64,000 bases of DNA, from NCBI GenBank assembly GCA_964440975.1, contig CAYYKI010000002.1, positions 163-64,162 of the forward strand, written 5' to 3'. A program made the position numbers and the translations under genes. The DNA is from an uncultured Candidatus Saccharibacteria bacterium (GTDB lineage: Bacteria; Patescibacteriota; Saccharimonadia; Saccharimonadales; CAZNVG01). Positions within the stretch are counted from its first letter, which is position 1. Each line of letters begins with the position of its first letter. The notes beneath the pieces were generated by a model. That model saw nothing but the letters and a program-made list of their open reading frames with translations, had not been told where the DNA came from and ran no database searches. This document shows positions 63,070 through 64,000 of the stretch, piece by piece.

Positions 63070-64000
63070 ATGGAGCTAAGCAAAGAAAAGTCACATGAGC
63101 TACAGGCTGAACTGCAGGAGATTCAGGATTTCTTGTCGCTCCCTGATGCCTTCTCCAAGCCTGATTTCGCAGAAAAGTCTCGACGTGGATCGTTCATTGA
63201 ACGCACACTTGAGGTCGCGTCCACTGTGGATCGTCTCACTAAGCAGCTGTCTGAAGCTGACGCCCTAAGCAACGATACTGACCCTGAACTTCAGGCGATG
63301 GCCCAGGCGGAAGTCGCTGATATCAACAACAAGCTCATGGAAGCTCGTGCGGAACTAAAAGATCTTTTGATGCCACGCGACCCAAATGATGACCGTAATG
63401 TCATTGTGGAGATAAGAGCCGGAGCCGGTGGCGACGAAGCATCTCTATTTGCCGGCGACCTACAGCGCATGTACACTCGATTTTCAGAAAAGAAAAATTA
63501 CCAAACGGAGATGATTAGTGAGAGCCCCTCAGAAGTGGGCGGCTTCAAAGAAGTTATAATGGCCATAAAGGGCCCTGAGGCCTACAGAAACCTTCGGTTT
63601 GAATCGGGCGTACACAGAGTCCAACGGGTTCCAAGTACCGAAAGCCAAGGCCGCATTCATACCTCGACCGTAACGGTAGCAGTGTTGCCAGAAGCCGAGG
63701 AGACTGACATCGAAATCAACCCTTCAGATCTTCGTATTGATGTCTATAGATCTAGTGGGCACGGTGGTCAGTCAGTAAACACAACTGATTCAGCCGTGCG
63801 AATCACGCACCTTCCCACCGGACTTGTCGTAACCTGTCAGGACGAAAAATCGCAGATAAAAAATAAAGCAAAGGCAATGGGTGTGTTGCGCGCCCGTTTA
63901 TTACAACAAAAAATTGAACAAGAACAATCGGAAACCGCAAGTCATAGGCGGTCTCTCATTGGCTCAGGAGATCGTTCAGAAAAAATTCGTACCTACAACT
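63070..64000 (+). CDS. prfA: Peptide chain release factor 1 (3' end beyond the window)
   Basis: This ORF is not in the track because no stop lies in the window. The ATG at 63070 is preceded by TAAGGAG. It has a PST tripeptide ([14 protein letters not shown]) and GGQ ([10 protein letters not shown]). Confidence 0.9.
   Translation, partial: MELSKEKSHELQAELQEIQDFLSLPDAFSKPDFAEKSRRGSFIERTLEVASTVDRLTKQLSEADALSNDTDPELQAMAQAEVADINNKLMEARAELKDLLMPRDPNDDRNVIVEIRAGAGGDEASLFAGDLQRMYTRFSEKKNYQTEMISESPSEVGGFKEVIMAIKGPEAYRNLRFESGVHRVQRVPSTESQGRIHTSTVTVAVLPEAEETDIEINPSDLRIDVYRSSGHGGQSVNTTDSAVRITHLPTGLVVTCQDEKSQIKNKAKAMGVLRARLLQQKIEQEQSETASHRRSLIGSGDRSEKIRTYN

Noticed and set aside
1-64000. An alternative genetic code (UGA reassignment, as in some CPR lineages).
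   Set aside because: Conserved genes end at TGA at the expected lengths (for example dprA and the island ORF), and no conserved protein is interrupted by in-frame TGA. The standard bacterial code fits.
1-64000. CRISPR arrays, IS elements, integrases and prophage genes.
   Set aside because: I saw no spaced direct-repeat array, transposase, recombinase or capsid/terminase-like ORFs. The island at 1330-2270 has no recognisable terminal repeats or target-site duplication.

Overview
This is a gene-dense 64-kb stretch of a small bacterial chromosome. Hand counts of a few lines give about 48% G+C in coding sequence and about 30% in spacers. Nearly all of it is housekeeping. It carries a division/cell-wall cluster (mraZ-rsmH-ftsL-ftsI-mraY-ftsW-murG-ftsQ), mreB-mreC-mreD-mrdA, and ftsE-ftsX with a coiled-coil CHAP hydrolase and an S41 protease. 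It also carries murD/murI, secA, and translation genes (glyQS, serS, class I lysS, archaeal-type proS, prfA, prfB, frr, tsf, rpsB, rpmA, rpmE, hpf, greA), plus recO, xseAB, dprA, topA, pyrG and prs. The gene set, the scarcity of biosynthetic genes, a sigma-region-4/HARE-HTH protein and an orphan TraD/VirD4-like ATPase suggest a Patescibacteria/CPR, Saccharibacteria-like organism; this is inference only. I found no rRNA, clear tRNA, CRISPR array, transposase or integrase. The strongest anomaly is a roughly 0.9-kb island (about 1330-2270) at 62-70% G+C with GC3-saturated codons. It sits between dprA and topA and encodes one unrecognisable 264-aa membrane-anchored protein. A second, weaker GC-rich patch with an RNA polymerase alpha-CTD-like remnant follows topA. 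Other points worth a second look:
- a six-copy GTGG(G/A)TAA array upstream of mraZ, partly phased at 10-bp multiples
- a possible KwaB/DUF4868-like gene with small membrane-protein neighbours instead of KwaA
- a two-component pair lacking both the kinase His and the receiver Asp
- an HExxH...EDFAE gluzincin with a 26-bp perfect palindrome upstream and a decayed small ORF downstream
- a 650-bp ORF-free convergent spacer with a tandem 13-mer
- a structured non-coding leader region at the window start

Family assignments come from motif recognition by eye, not from searches.
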